64,000 nt of DNA, from positions 28,002-92,001 of IMG/VR virus record IMGVR_UViG_3300021375_000017. One strand, given 5' to 3'. Every line of letters starts with the position of its first letter. Position 1 is the first letter of the stretch. The stretch comes from a virus. A program made the position numbers and the translations under genes. The notes under the pieces were generated by a model. It was not told the origin of the DNA. It did not search any database and saw only the letters and a list, made by a program, of their open reading frames with translations. Shown here one piece after another: positions 48,669 to 58,479 of this stretch.

Positions 48669-49091
48669 ATGCCAGAGGAAGTTGCCAAGAAGGAAGAACC
48701 CAAAAAGAAGGGTATTCTGGGGAAAATAAAGGAGGCAACTGATGACAAAGAAGAACAGATTGCTATTTTGTCTACTTTTGTTAGGCTTGGTATCCTTGTT
48801 TGGAGTGGCGGAATACTCACACTCGCTTATATTAAACTACCCCCTGCACTGGGAATCCCCGAGCAGAAACTAGATCCTACTTTTATCGCAAGTGTCTTTA
48901 CTGGGGTGCTTGCGACTTTTGGTGTTCAGGCAGCAAAGAAAGCAGGTGAAAGTGGTAAAGGTAATGATAATGGAGTTACTAAACAAGATATGGAAAGATT
49001 GATTGAGGCAGCATCACAAACTGCTCCTTCACAGACAATTAGAATTGAACAAGTACCTGTTGTAATATCTGCGGTAGAACCTAAAGGTTAA
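48669..49091 (+). CDS. conserved two-TM membrane protein
   Basis: VRLGILVWSG.ILTL, DPTFIASVFTG. Confidence 0.7.
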   Translation: MPEEVAKKEEPKKKGILGKIKEATDDKEEQIAILSTFVRLGILVWSGGILTLAYIKLPPALGIPEQKLDPTFIASVFTGVLATFGVQAAKKAGESGKGNDNGVTKQDMERLIEAASQTAPSQTIRIEQVPVVISAVEPKG

Positions 49092-49285
49092 TGTGTACCA
49101 TCATTAATTATGGAATTGCTTTCTTCCAAGTAGTAATTATGAATTGTGTACAACCAGTCAATTGGCAGTACTGTTATCGTGTGGATCAATGGTTGGTCCA
49201 GGATCTTCAGTATGCATGGGAATTAAAGACAGGTAAGGTTCATCCCTATCAGACTGAAAAAGAATACCTAGAAAGTTTTAAGTAA
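49091..49285 (+). CDS. hypothetical protein
   Basis: TAATG-coupled ORF. Confidence 0.55.
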   Translation: MCTIINYGIAFFQVVIMNCVQPVNWQYCYRVDQWLVQDLQYAWELKTGKVHPYQTEKEYLESFK

Positions 49286-49352
49286 GGATCTCATAACAAA
49301 CCACCATTCCTAAGGAACACCACTATAATAGATAATGTAGTTGGCAATCAAC

Positions 49353-49484
49353 ATGACTTTATCTCACGTATTACTTTGGATATCAATCCCATTTGTAATC
49401 ACTACAGTACTGTTTGGATTTTACAAAGGGGAGAACGTTTATTATGAATCAGATAAGTATGACGGGAATGGAACAGCACATTAA
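49353..49484 (+). CDS. ndhP: NdhP-like NDH-1 small subunit (43 aa)
   Basis: TM helix plus FG....YYESDKYDGNGTAH, matching the NdhP C-terminus (FYD.D.Y.GNGSAH). Confidence 0.7.
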   Translation: MTLSHVLLWISIPFVITTVLFGFYKGENVYYESDKYDGNGTAH

Positions 49485-49668
49485 AGTTCGTTATGAATTT
49501 GCCATGAGTTCATTTGCTAGAATGTATGGAGTCAAGAATGTACTAAACTCACAAACTATACCAACCTTCTGTAGAGAGTGGGCTATTGATGATGAAAAAA
49601 ATATACCAACAGGAACATTAACAACAGTTGATTTCTATTTTAGAGACTTATGGATGAGGGACAATTAA
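49468..49668 (+). CDS. hypothetical protein
   Basis: ORF MEQHIKVRYEFAM... Confidence 0.5.
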   Translation: MEQHIKVRYEFAMSSFARMYGVKNVLNSQTIPTFCREWAIDDEKNIPTGTLTTVDFYFRDLWMRDN

Positions 49669-49732
49669 TTGTAATTAGTTTTTATACTTTCATTGGATTA
49701 TTTTTATTTGTACTTTCTTTAATTTCAGAATA

Positions 49733-49819
49733 ATGACACACTATATTACAGCAATGCTAATACTAACTTCAATAACATCATTTGTTTTATGGGGACTTAA
49801 TAATGCGTATCCATCATGA
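49733..49819 (+). CDS. 28-aa TM peptide, weakly NdhQ-like
   Basis: MTHYITAMLILTSITSFVLWGLNNAYPS; TAATG and ATGA coupled. Confidence 0.4.
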   Translation: MTHYITAMLILTSITSFVLWGLNNAYPS

Positions 49820-49901
49820 TTAGTGGTCTTTTTGTATTCTCATTCATCATACTACTGGTTAGTGGTATGGAATTAACATGGTCAGTTAAACAAGGAAAAA
49901 A

Positions 49902-50063
49902 ATGATACTACAGTTTGCTAGGTTTTGTGGGACTGTACTAAACAACCCATACGGATTAGGATTCCTATCATCTATTTTAATTTTGGTTCCCATCGTGGGA
50001 ATGTGGGCAGTTCATAAATATCAGTGGGAACACTGGGAACCTTTTACGAGGAAACATAAATGA
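49902..50063 (+). CDS. small membrane protein (53 aa)
   Basis: Hand translation ...LVPIVGMWAVHKYQWEHWEPF. Confidence 0.55.
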   Translation: MILQFARFCGTVLNNPYGLGFLSSILILVPIVGMWAVHKYQWEHWEPFTRKHK

Positions 50064-50269
50064 ATCCAGTAATATTAATCGGTTACTTCACACCGCTGGT
50101 TATTATTTTTATAGTATTGAAACTTTCTATATGGGTATCTGCTGTCAACGACGAAAAAAATTATGTCGGAAAAGAACCCTTTAGAAAACGAGGACCCTAT
50201 ACTATGGAGGCGTATATAGATGTTGACGCAGAGGAAGAAGAATATGGAGATCGCACAGACTATAGATAA
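50060..50269 (+). CDS. small membrane protein
   Basis: N-terminal TM; ATGA coupled. Confidence 0.55.
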   Translation: MNPVILIGYFTPLVIIFIVLKLSIWVSAVNDEKNYVGKEPFRKRGPYTMEAYIDVDAEEEEYGDRTDYR

Positions 50270-50389
50270 TGCTCTTTATCAACACTATACAATTGAACAA
50301 GGAAAACCTGTACCAAATTGGAGGTATATAAAAGACCAAGATTGGTGGTGTGAATACCTTAAAAATCTAGGAATAGATCCAAGAAATCC

Positions 50390-50587
50390 ATGAACGAAGA
50401 AGAGGATTATGACTACACAATAAGTGTAAGAATAGAAGATATAAAACTCATGCATCACTGTGTGAAAGAAACTATTAAGTATTGGCCAGGAGCTCCAGCC
50501 AGACCCTATGAAGAACAAGAACAGTTATGGGCTCTAAGAGATAACTTATTTAAAATAATACTTGAAGACCAATTTGAGAATTCATGA
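50390..50587 (+). CDS. hypothetical protein
   Basis: WPG.P.RP.EEQE motif. Confidence 0.6.
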   Translation: MNEEEDYDYTISVRIEDIKLMHHCVKETIKYWPGAPARPYEEQEQLWALRDNLFKIILEDQFENS

Positions 50588-50768
50588 AATTATTACTACA
50601 TCCACATACTAATGTAAGCGATCCTGTGTGGTCGGTCATTTTTATGGTCTTTCTTTCTCTTTGTATGGCTGGTTATAGTATCTACTATATACTAGGAGTT
50701 GATGAAAAGAAAGTTGAGAAGACAATTAGATATAGATAGAGAAGAACTTATGAAAAGGATTACGGAAG

Positions 50769-51026
50769 ATGCAAAAACTAATTAATGTTTTAGCACTATT
50801 GTCGTTTGCAGGAACTGCATCTATTGTAGGTGGTGGCACATATGTTTATCTCAATAAGGATTCTATTATTGAGAATGTAAAGGGACAAGTTGCGAGTGCT
50901 GCAGCCGAAGCAATTTCTGGAGCACTTCCTGGTATGTTGGATTCTACAATGCCAGAACTTCCTGGTGTTACTGGCGACGCAATTCCATCACTTCCTACCA
51001 CCACTGGTCCAGCACTTCCATTCTAA
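50769..51026 (+). CDS. membrane-anchored hypothetical protein
   Basis: N-terminal TM, Pro-rich tail. Confidence 0.65.
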   Translation: MQKLINVLALLSFAGTASIVGGGTYVYLNKDSIIENVKGQVASAAAEAISGALPGMLDSTMPELPGVTGDAIPSLPTTTGPALPF

Positions 51027-51029
51027 CAG

Positions 51030-51833
51030 TTGATGGATATTCCAAACATCAGAACAAACACTATACCCACTAATAGTATACCTATTAATAGTATAAAAAT
51101 TTTACCAGTTAGAAGTGTTTTAAATGATGTACCTTCAATACAAACTTATGATCCACCGGTTACGGTTCAGGTAGGTACTCCCATTGTTGATATACCTGGT
51201 TGTGTTGAGGCACATGAATCTAATAATCCGTTAAACGAAAACCTTGACGATTCAAGAGGAATACTAACATATTGTGATGGAAATGTACCGTCATTCAATC
51301 CACCTAATTATACACCAAATCAAACATTACCCACCAGACCTTCTACGGTAGACACCAGGTTTAATGAACCGGATACAAAAATAGAATCACCAAGAACAGA
51401 TTCTTCATCAACTGCACCGACAGTTAAATGTCCCACACCTGTTCAAGAAACAAGAGAACCTGTTGGAACGTATCTTAATGGATATAAAGAGAAAGTAATT
51501 GCCTATGAGTTGATCGATGGCACTTGTATCAGAATTACAGAACCTGTACCAATTATAGAACAAGTTATCTCTGGTCTTCCTAGTGGTGGTCAGGTAATGC
51601 AGGTTGGTGGTATTACAGTGATCGCAACTACATCTGCACTATTAGCAAAACCGTTGGTCGATATACTATTGAAAGTAATCAAACCAACGGTAAAGAAAGT
51701 TCTAAAGAAGATTTCCACTATTCGGGGGAAACAACTGAAGACCTTGTCTGTAAAGGAACGCCAAGCAGAGCAGCGGGATCGGAATCAAGCGATTGCAAAG
51801 TTGAAGTCTGTGAAGGCGAAGGTGAAGAAGTAG
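51030..51833 (+). CDS. conserved cyanophage hypothetical protein
   Basis: PIVDIPGCVEAH...CDG..PSFNP. Confidence 0.7.
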   Translation: MMDIPNIRTNTIPTNSIPINSIKILPVRSVLNDVPSIQTYDPPVTVQVGTPIVDIPGCVEAHESNNPLNENLDDSRGILTYCDGNVPSFNPPNYTPNQTLPTRPSTVDTRFNEPDTKIESPRTDSSSTAPTVKCPTPVQETREPVGTYLNGYKEKVIAYELIDGTCIRITEPVPIIEQVISGLPSGGQVMQVGGITVIATTSALLAKPLVDILLKVIKPTVKKVLKKISTIRGKQLKTLSVKERQAEQRDRNQAIAKLKSVKAKVKK

Positions 51834-52665
51834 GTCTAGGGATAGAATGACGATGTTGTGGAACAACAGTAACATTTTGAACTACTACATCAGCACAGAT
51901 TTTATAGTAAGGACTTTTGGGATGAAAACTAATACCAGATTTCATTAACTCACCACAGTTCTTGAGTCTTGCAATCTCAAAGTCCAATCTTTTGTTGGCT
52001 GTGATTTGTTGTTGTAATTCTATTTGAGTTTGTGCTGCTAACTTACATTGGTCTTGAAGAGTTTTGTCTAAAGGACGAGACCAAGTAACAGAAAATCCAA
52101 GACCTAAATTATAATTATCTTTTTGACCAGTTCTTACAGGAACCTCATACACAACTCTTCCTGGATTATCTGGAATACCATCACCAATGTCATTACCATC
52201 CTCATCAAAACGACCCTCAAAGTCTGTCATGTCATATACAGGATCATTATAATATGGTTCCCAAGGTAATGACCTGGAGACTGCTCCAGTAACGTATGGT
52301 GTAACATTCATTGTGGGACCTTGACACTGAATACCTCCCCCGTAGGTGTTTGTAATATAAGGTCCCTGGAGGACTTGGATGGCTTGGTTGGTAACTGAAC
52401 CAGAACTATTAGCAACAGGGGCAGCAGTAGCACTGACACCTCCAACAGACTCTGCAAGAACCTTTGTAGGTGATAAGAAACCAATTAAACATACTCCGAT
52501 TACTGGGAAAAAATGGAAATTGTGTCGGTTACTGACTCTACTACTGTTTCTCTTTGTATTATTGTTTGGTTTTGAAGACCAGGTCCGCTGTATGTTTCTG
52601 TATATTGAAAGGCTCCTCCTGGAAGAGTCTGAGAGAAACTTGGTCTGTTTGATAATCCTACCCAT
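51718..52665 (-). CDS. secreted conserved hypothetical protein (start uncertain)
   Basis: Signal-like segment then GGVSATA.PVANSSGSVTNQA; RLKNCG. Confidence 0.6.
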   Translation of the reverse strand: MGRIIKQTKFLSDSSRRSLSIYRNIQRTWSSKPNNNTKRNSSRVSNRHNFHFFPVIGVCLIGFLSPTKVLAESVGGVSATAAPVANSSGSVTNQAIQVLQGPYITNTYGGGIQCQGPTMNVTPYVTGAVSRSLPWEPYYNDPVYDMTDFEGRFDEDGNDIGDGIPDNPGRVVYEVPVRTGQKDNYNLGLGFSVTWSRPLDKTLQDQCKLAAQTQIELQQQITANKRLDFEIARLKNCGELMKSGISFHPKSPYYKICADVVVQNVTVVPQHRHSIPRPTSSPSPSQTSTLQSLDSDPAALLGVPLQTRSSVVSPE

Positions 52666-52943
52666 CGTGAAGTCACTCCTTCAATTTCATTAACAGTTGA
52701 TGATGTTGCAGGTCTCAATTCACCTGCTGCAGTAATACCACTTCCAGTCACAGAGTATTCATATCCTGTTCTGTAATCCATCGAATTGATGGTTTCTTTG
52801 ATGTTTTGTGTCGTCTCTGTGTGACTTGTCATACTTCCTTGCGTAAAGTTGGGCACGACTGGCACTGCACCAACAGGTTGAAGCAGTCCATGTATAATGC
52901 CCAAGATTAAACCAAAACCAATAGACTCTTTTAGTCTAGACAT
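52500..52943 (-). CDS. secreted conserved hypothetical protein
   Basis: Signal peptide plus VPVVPNF.QG. Confidence 0.7.
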   Translation of the reverse strand: MSRLKESIGFGLILGIIHGLLQPVGAVPVVPNFTQGSMTSHTETTQNIKETINSMDYRTGYEYSVTGSGITAAGELRPATSSTVNEIEGVTSRWVGLSNRPSFSQTLPGGAFQYTETYSGPGLQNQTIIQRETVVESVTDTISIFSQ

Positions 52944-52951
52944 GATTTAAA

Positions 52952-53446
52952 TCAACGAATAGTTACTTCAGTTACGAATTGTCCTGTGGCAGTAGTGCCA
53001 GCTCCACCAGCAGTAAGAGTCATAACACCCGCAGAATCGATAGTACCCGCAAGAGTTCCTGCAGTTCCACCAATCTGAGTTGTAGAATCTCCATAAAGAT
53101 TTGGAGAGTCAAATTGACCAGAAGTCAATGCCACTTGTGTGGTCGTGGTAGTGTCGCCAATAAAATTAGTCTCTGTAAAACTAAATGCTTCACCAGAGTT
53201 AGTAACAGCATAACTTCCTGCACTAATTGTAGCTGGAGCAGTAGCAGAACTACCAGTTAATCCACCCAAGGTGGAAGCAGTAATATTAGATCCAGAAACA
53301 GAATAAGTAGAACCAAGTCTTGTGGACTGAATAGCTGGTCCTTCAACGGTCAATTGAACACTAGAAGAATGTCTAGAAGTAAGTTCACCAGCAGATACAC
53401 TTCCGGTAGTCATCATTAACATAATAAAAGGTAAGAACCTTTTCAT
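52952..53446 (-). CDS. secreted S/T/G-rich hypothetical protein
   Basis: Signal peptide; SSVQLTV...AGGAGT.A.GQF. Confidence 0.7.
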   Translation of the reverse strand: MKRFLPFIMLMMTTGSVSAGELTSRHSSSVQLTVEGPAIQSTRLGSTYSVSGSNITASTLGGLTGSSATAPATISAGSYAVTNSGEAFSFTETNFIGDTTTTTQVALTSGQFDSPNLYGDSTTQIGGTAGTLAGTIDSAGVMTLTAGGAGTTATGQFVTEVTIR

Positions 53447-53532
53447 TTGTTATCGAACTCATACACTGTTTTTATTTATCTAAAGGTGATCTATAAATAT
53501 ACTTACTGTATAGGAATGAACAGTTTAATATA

Positions 53533-53790
53533 ATGTCCGATAAAGAGCTATCTGACCTGTCATTTAACAGGAAAGAATGTCCCAAGTGCGGTGCTGTATG
53601 GTTAAATGGTAATCATATATGGAGAACAGGTATTAATGGAAATGAAGACACTCTTCATAACTTAGTCTGTTCAAAAGCAAATGATCCTCAATGTATTAAT
53701 AGAAAATACAAAAAAGGATTTGTCTATGAAAACGCTGACTCTTGGGAAAAGAGATCAGTATTTATTGGTAACTGGAATCCTAATGAGTAA
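53533..53790 (+). CDS. zinc-ribbon hypothetical protein
   Basis: CPKCGA.W; late promoter at 53492. Confidence 0.65.
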   Translation: MSDKELSDLSFNRKECPKCGAVWLNGNHIWRTGINGNEDTLHNLVCSKANDPQCINRKYKKGFVYENADSWEKRSVFIGNWNPNE

Positions 53791-53944
53791 AAATCAAGTG
53801 AAGAAAGAAGAACTTAAAGTAAAAGTTCTAAAACTTAAAGACGAAGTATATAACGAACCAAAAACAGTTTGGCAAAAAGAAAAAGATCTAGCCCATAAGT
53901 ATCTTAATAAGGTGTTAGATATTCTAGAAGAATATAGATACTAG
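53783..53944 (+). CDS. small hypothetical protein
   Basis: AHKYLNKVLD..EEYR. Confidence 0.55.
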   Translation: MSKNQVKKEELKVKVLKLKDEVYNEPKTVWQKEKDLAHKYLNKVLDILEEYRY

Positions 53945-54015
53945 TTCTTATGAACCCGGACAAGCCTAATCCTACAGGGATTGAGCCAGTCTGTCAAGTG
54001 GCTTTAGAAAAAGGG

Positions 54016-54049
54016 TTGACAGACACCTGGGAATGGTTTATTATAAATA
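54016..54049 (+). promoter_or_regulatory. overlapping sigma70 and late promoters for psbA
   Basis: TTGACA - 17 bp - TATTAT; TATAAATA at 54042. Confidence 0.7.
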
Positions 54050-54084
54050 AGTCGAGAGGTTACGGAATCAACACATTCCTTTAC

Positions 54085-54200
54085 TGTTCGTAACACTCCT
54101 CAAACCGAGACCTATAGGGTGTATAAATCACGTCTCTCATATCCCCGGCTGAGGGTGCTGGGGAAATAGTAACTCCACCATTCCCTGATGGTCTTACTTT
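54085..54200 (+). ncRNA. PhotoRC-II-like structured 5' UTR of psbA
   Basis: Stems gagac/gtctc, cccc/gggg, accat/atggt in the long psbA leader. Confidence 0.55.
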
Positions 54201-54213
54201 TTTGTTCAAAACA

Positions 54214-55290
54214 ATGGCTACAACTCTTTCAAGACAACAAACATCCCCATGGCAGAATTTCTGTGAGTGGGTAACTTCAACAAACAATCGTCTTTATGTC
54301 GGCTGGTTCGGTGTGCTCATGCTCCCGACACTGCTTGCAGCAACAATCTGCTTCATCGTTGCCTTCATCGCTGCTCCGCCTGTTGACATAGACGGCATCC
54401 GTGAACCCGTTGCTGGTTCACTCATGTATGGTAACAACATCATCTCTGGTGCAGTTGTTCCTAGTTCAAACGCAATTGGTCTTCACTTCTACCCCATTTG
54501 GGAAGCAGCATCTTTGGATGAATGGCTTTACAATGGTGGTCCTTTCCAACTGGTAGTCTTCCACTTCCTTATCGGCATCTATGCATATATGGGACGTGAG
54601 TGGGAACTTTCCTACCGCTTGGGCATGAGGCCCTGGATCTGTGTAGCATACTCTGCTCCAGTAGCAGCAGCATCTGCTGTATTCCTCGTCTACCCCTTCG
54701 GTCAAGGTTCATTCTCCGACGCTATGCCACTTGGCATCTCTGGTACGTTCAACTACATGTTGGTCTTCCAATCAGAGCACAACATCCTGATGCATCCCTT
54801 CCATATGGCGGGTGTAGCAGGTGTCTTCGGTGGTTCACTGTTCTCCGCCATGCACGGCTCACTGGTGACCTCTTCCTTGGTTCGTGAAACAACCGAGACC
54901 GAGTCACAGAACTATGGTTACAAGTTTGGTCAAGAAGAAGAGACCTATAACATCGTCGCAGCCCATGGTTACTTCGGTCGTTTGATCTTCCAATACGCAT
55001 CATTCAACAACTCCCGTTCCTTGCACTTCTTCCTTGCTGCATGGCCTGTTGTTGGCATCTGGTTCACCGCTCTTGGTGTTTCTACGATGGCTTTTAATCT
55101 CAACGGTCTGAATTTTAATCAGAGCATTCTGGATAGTCAGAACCGTGTTGTTAATACCTGGGCCGACGTGTTGAACCGTGCCGGTCTTGGTTTAGAAGTG
55201 ATGCACGAAAGAAATGCTCATAATTTCCCACTTGACCTCGCCGCAGCAGAAAGTACTCCTGTAGCACTTACTGCTCCTACTGTTGGTTGA
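54214..55290 (+). CDS. psbA: photosystem II D1 protein
   Basis: NRLYVGWFG...[13 protein letters not shown]. Confidence 0.99.
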   Translation: MATTLSRQQTSPWQNFCEWVTSTNNRLYVGWFGVLMLPTLLAATICFIVAFIAAPPVDIDGIREPVAGSLMYGNNIISGAVVPSSNAIGLHFYPIWEAASLDEWLYNGGPFQLVVFHFLIGIYAYMGREWELSYRLGMRPWICVAYSAPVAAASAVFLVYPFGQGSFSDAMPLGISGTFNYMLVFQSEHNILMHPFHMAGVAGVFGGSLFSAMHGSLVTSSLVRETTETESQNYGYKFGQEEETYNIVAAHGYFGRLIFQYASFNNSRSLHFFLAAWPVVGIWFTALGVSTMAFNLNGLNFNQSILDSQNRVVNTWADVLNRAGLGLEVMHERNAHNFPLDLAAAESTPVALTAPTVG

Positions 55291-55315
55291 GTTAGTTAGA
55301 AAAACTGAATAACAA

Positions 55316-55343
55316 GAAAGAGACCTTTGGGTCTCTTTTTTTT
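55316..55343 (+). terminator. intrinsic terminator
   Basis: aagagacc-tttg-ggtctctt plus T-run. Confidence 0.85.
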
Positions 55344-55432
55344 GTGTATAGATATATTTCACGGGTGATCAGACATTGGAACAATAATGGAAATAATGAT
55401 ATAATACATAATGAAGTTCTTCAAAAACAATC

Positions 55433-56092
55433 TTGAAAATATTTTTAGATACTGCAGACCTTGATATGATCACTCCTGCGTATGAGACTGGTCTCATTGA
55501 TGGTGTCACAACAAACCCCACACTCATTCTAAGGAGTGGTAGAACCCTTCAAGAGGTTGCACAGGAACTCTCAGGTCTCCTGGCATTAGAAAGTATCTCT
55601 ACAGAGGTTGTAGCGGATACTTCAGGAGAGATGTTGAACCAGGCCCAAGAGTTTATTACTATCTCTCCAGCAATAACCATCAAAGTTCCTTGTACTGTTG
55701 AAGGACTGAAGGCGTGTAAGGAATTATCTAAAGTTGGTGTAAAAACTAATGTCACCCTTGTCTTCTCAGTTGCACAAGCAATCTTAGCAGCAAAGGCAGG
55801 AGCAACTTATATCTCCCCATTCATTGGTAGATGGGAAGATAATTCAGTTGATGGTTTGGAATTGATTCAGAAGATTAGGAAGGTCTATAACCAACTCAAT
55901 GCAACAGGTCTTAAGACACCTCAAATTTTAGGAGCATCAATTCGTGATGTGAGACAGGTAGAGAAATGTGCAGAGTATGGTGCAGACGTTGTTACCATTC
56001 CTCCTATCGTATTTTGGAAGATGTATAAGAACGTTATGACTGACAAAGGACTGGAACAGTTTCAAAAAGATTGGGAAGATGCAAACAAGTAG
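55433..56092 (+). CDS. talC: transaldolase TalC
   Basis: IFLDTA, GVTTNPT, IKVP, N.TL.FS, SPF.GR, ASIR; TTG start. Confidence 0.95.
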   Translation: MKIFLDTADLDMITPAYETGLIDGVTTNPTLILRSGRTLQEVAQELSGLLALESISTEVVADTSGEMLNQAQEFITISPAITIKVPCTVEGLKACKELSKVGVKTNVTLVFSVAQAILAAKAGATYISPFIGRWEDNSVDGLELIQKIRKVYNQLNATGLKTPQILGASIRDVRQVEKCAEYGADVVTIPPIVFWKMYKNVMTDKGLEQFQKDWEDANK

Positions 56093-56177
56093 AAACACTC
56101 ATTGACTTCTATTGTAAAGAAATATAAAGATACACTTAAGTCACTAAAGGGTCTTATGGACACCTGAATAACCGTCC

Positions 56178-56215
56178 ACCACCTCCTTGACGGGGGTGGT
56201 TTTTTATTGTATAAT
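56178..56215 (+). promoter_or_regulatory. stem-loop plus sigma70 promoter cassette (near-identical copy at 60861-60898)
   Basis: accacctcc/gggggtggt stem; TTGACG - 17 bp - TATAAT. Confidence 0.75.
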
Positions 56216-56236
56216 AATCTCATACACATCAGACCC

Positions 56237-56671
56237 ATGTCCTACGAAGCAACTGTTGAATTCAAATTTGATGCCACCTACACTCATGATTATAGTCGTG
56301 GGTTTGGTTCTACCATTGATGACGACTTCATTCCAGAAGAACACTTTGTAATCACTGCACCTGCTGCTGACCTCAGTGCCCGACAATACTTCAAACTATT
56401 TGAGAAGTTTATGTTGGCAGTTGGTATGACTCCTCATAACATTCGTGAGGGTGCTATGTCTTTGGTCTTGAATGAATGGGTCAATGATGCAGACCAACGT
56501 AAAATCTGTGAGGAGTATGAAGTCACAAGGAATGAAGACCTCCATGAAAAGTTTAAGGAATGGAAGGAACGTGATGAAGAGATTGAGTCCATTCGCAATT
56601 CGCAAATAACGAATGACATTGACTCTGCAAATGGTGTAGCATGTGTTGATGGAACTTTTAATGAGGTTTGA
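56237..56671 (+). CDS. hypothetical protein
   Basis: ORF after the promoter. Confidence 0.65.
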   Translation: MSYEATVEFKFDATYTHDYSRGFGSTIDDDFIPEEHFVITAPAADLSARQYFKLFEKFMLAVGMTPHNIREGAMSLVLNEWVNDADQRKICEEYEVTRNEDLHEKFKEWKERDEEIESIRNSQITNDIDSANGVACVDGTFNEV

Positions 56672-56872
56672 CCTATGGGTATGATATTGACACTGGTAAA
56701 GAAGAAGTCATTCCTATGGATGAGGACTTTATGAACCGATTGCAAGACCTGGTAAAAGATGTGGAGTTAGACGATTAGTAATGGGGCAGCAAAGTCGGGT
56801 AGGGGTATTTGGCTTGCGTAAGTCCCCATTTTATTCTATAATATAAATAGTAATACCCCTACTAAAAGAACA

Positions 56873-57619
56873 ATGTATTATACTTACGCATACCTGCGGG
56901 AAGATAAAACTCCTTATTACATTGGAAAAGGCAAAGGCGATAGAATTTATAAAAAAAGCAATAGGGAAATTAAACCACCAAAAGATAGGACAAGAGTAAT
57001 TTTTCTAAAACAAAACCTCACTGAAGAAGAAGCATTTAAACATGAAAAATATATGATTGCCGTGTTTGGTAGGAAAGATTTAGGAAATGGTATTCTTCGC
57101 AACAGGACTGATGGTGGAGAAGGAAATAGTGGGTTGATTCATAGTCAAGAATCAAAAAGAAAAATAAGTGAAGCAGTAAAGGGAAAAAATCATCCTCTAT
57201 ATGGAATATCTCCTTCAAAAGAAACGAGGAAAAAAATGAGTAATTCTTTGAAGGGAAGAATAATCTTTCCAGAATGGAGAGAAAAAATGAGTAAATCTCA
57301 TATTGGAAGACCAGGAACTTATGGATTTGATGGAAAGTTTCATAGTCAAGAAACTAAACAAAAATTGAGACAAATAAATCTTGGTAGAAAACATTCTGAA
57401 GAAACTAGAAGAAAAATAAGTGAATCGCATAAATGCTCAAATCATTATCAATATGGAAAACCTCTTTCAGAAGAAACAAAGAAGAAATTAAAAGAAATAA
57501 ATATTGGAAAAAATAATCCAAATTATGGAAAACACTGGTGGAACAATGGACATATTTCCAAACTTAGTATAGAATGTCCTGGAAATGGTTGGATTCGTGG
57601 TAGAATTGCAAATAGATAG
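56873..57619 (+). mobile_element. GIY-YIG-like homing endonuclease with NUMOD3 repeats
   Basis: YYTYAYLREDKTPYYIGKG; close paralog of the 8613 gene. Confidence 0.87.
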
Positions 57620-57633
57620 GAGGTAATTTTACT

Positions 57634-58029
57634 TTGGGAATGTTTGATTATCTGAGAAGTTCTTATGATTTAGGCGAGCAGTTTACCAATACTCGTCTTC
57701 ACACAAAAGACATAGAAGAGCATGGAATAGGTGGCACAATGACTCAATACTGGTTGTCTCCTGATGGACAACTATATTGGATTGATTACTCTCATACTGC
57801 TGACTTTGTTGAATTCAAAGAAGGTGATGAAGGATACACTGAAAAGAATTCCTGGACAAACTTCCAGTGGATTCCAAACGGAACCCGTGGTAGAGTGAGA
57901 CCAACGAACCTCACCAAATACATCACCGTGTATCCTGAAAGTTGGGATGGTGAGTGGGAACACTGGCCTGAGTGTCGTATCCATTTTAAAGGAGGTGTCC
58001 TACAAGATTATGAAAACTCTTATCTATGA
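57634..58029 (+). CDS. conserved hypothetical protein
   Basis: MGMFDY...TKD; GGAGG RBS. Confidence 0.7.
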   Translation: MGMFDYLRSSYDLGEQFTNTRLHTKDIEEHGIGGTMTQYWLSPDGQLYWIDYSHTADFVEFKEGDEGYTEKNSWTNFQWIPNGTRGRVRPTNLTKYITVYPESWDGEWEHWPECRIHFKGGVLQDYENSYL

Positions 58030-58479
58030 GGAAGTAAAATGACTAAAGAAGAAAAACTCTTGAATTATATTCAAGATAATATTGATGATTGGACTAACGA
58101 AGCAATTTACGATTATAACCTGTATGGTGTGGTTGATTACGAAACTGCTAAAAAGTTAATTCTTTTTGGTGCTAGTACTATTGCTTATGAGAGGGACACT
58201 TGAAGAACTGGCACAGGGATGCTCCAAGTGTCCCTGTATTGACTTTTTTGAGGGTGTTGGGTTAGACTTGGGAAAATGTTTTGAACAGATTATCTACCAC
58301 CGCACACTGAACTCTTTGCATTATACAAATGACTAACGAACAAATTGAAATGCTCCGCCTTCTTATTCAAGATGAGATTGAAATTGCTGGAGTTGGAGTT
58401 GAAGGTATGGAAGATGGTGTCTGGGACTTTATGGATAGTCAATTAGACAAACGATGGAAAGAGTTTCAGGAGAGTTTCA

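Noticed and set aside
54214-55290. psbA group I intron or adjacent psbD/hli genes
   Set aside because: psbA is continuous, and no psbD or hli sequence was recognised in this window.
56668-56778. Short frame YDIDTGKEEVIPMDED... resembling the C-terminus of the 59045 ORF
   Set aside because: Probably a gene remnant; too short and without a clear start to call.
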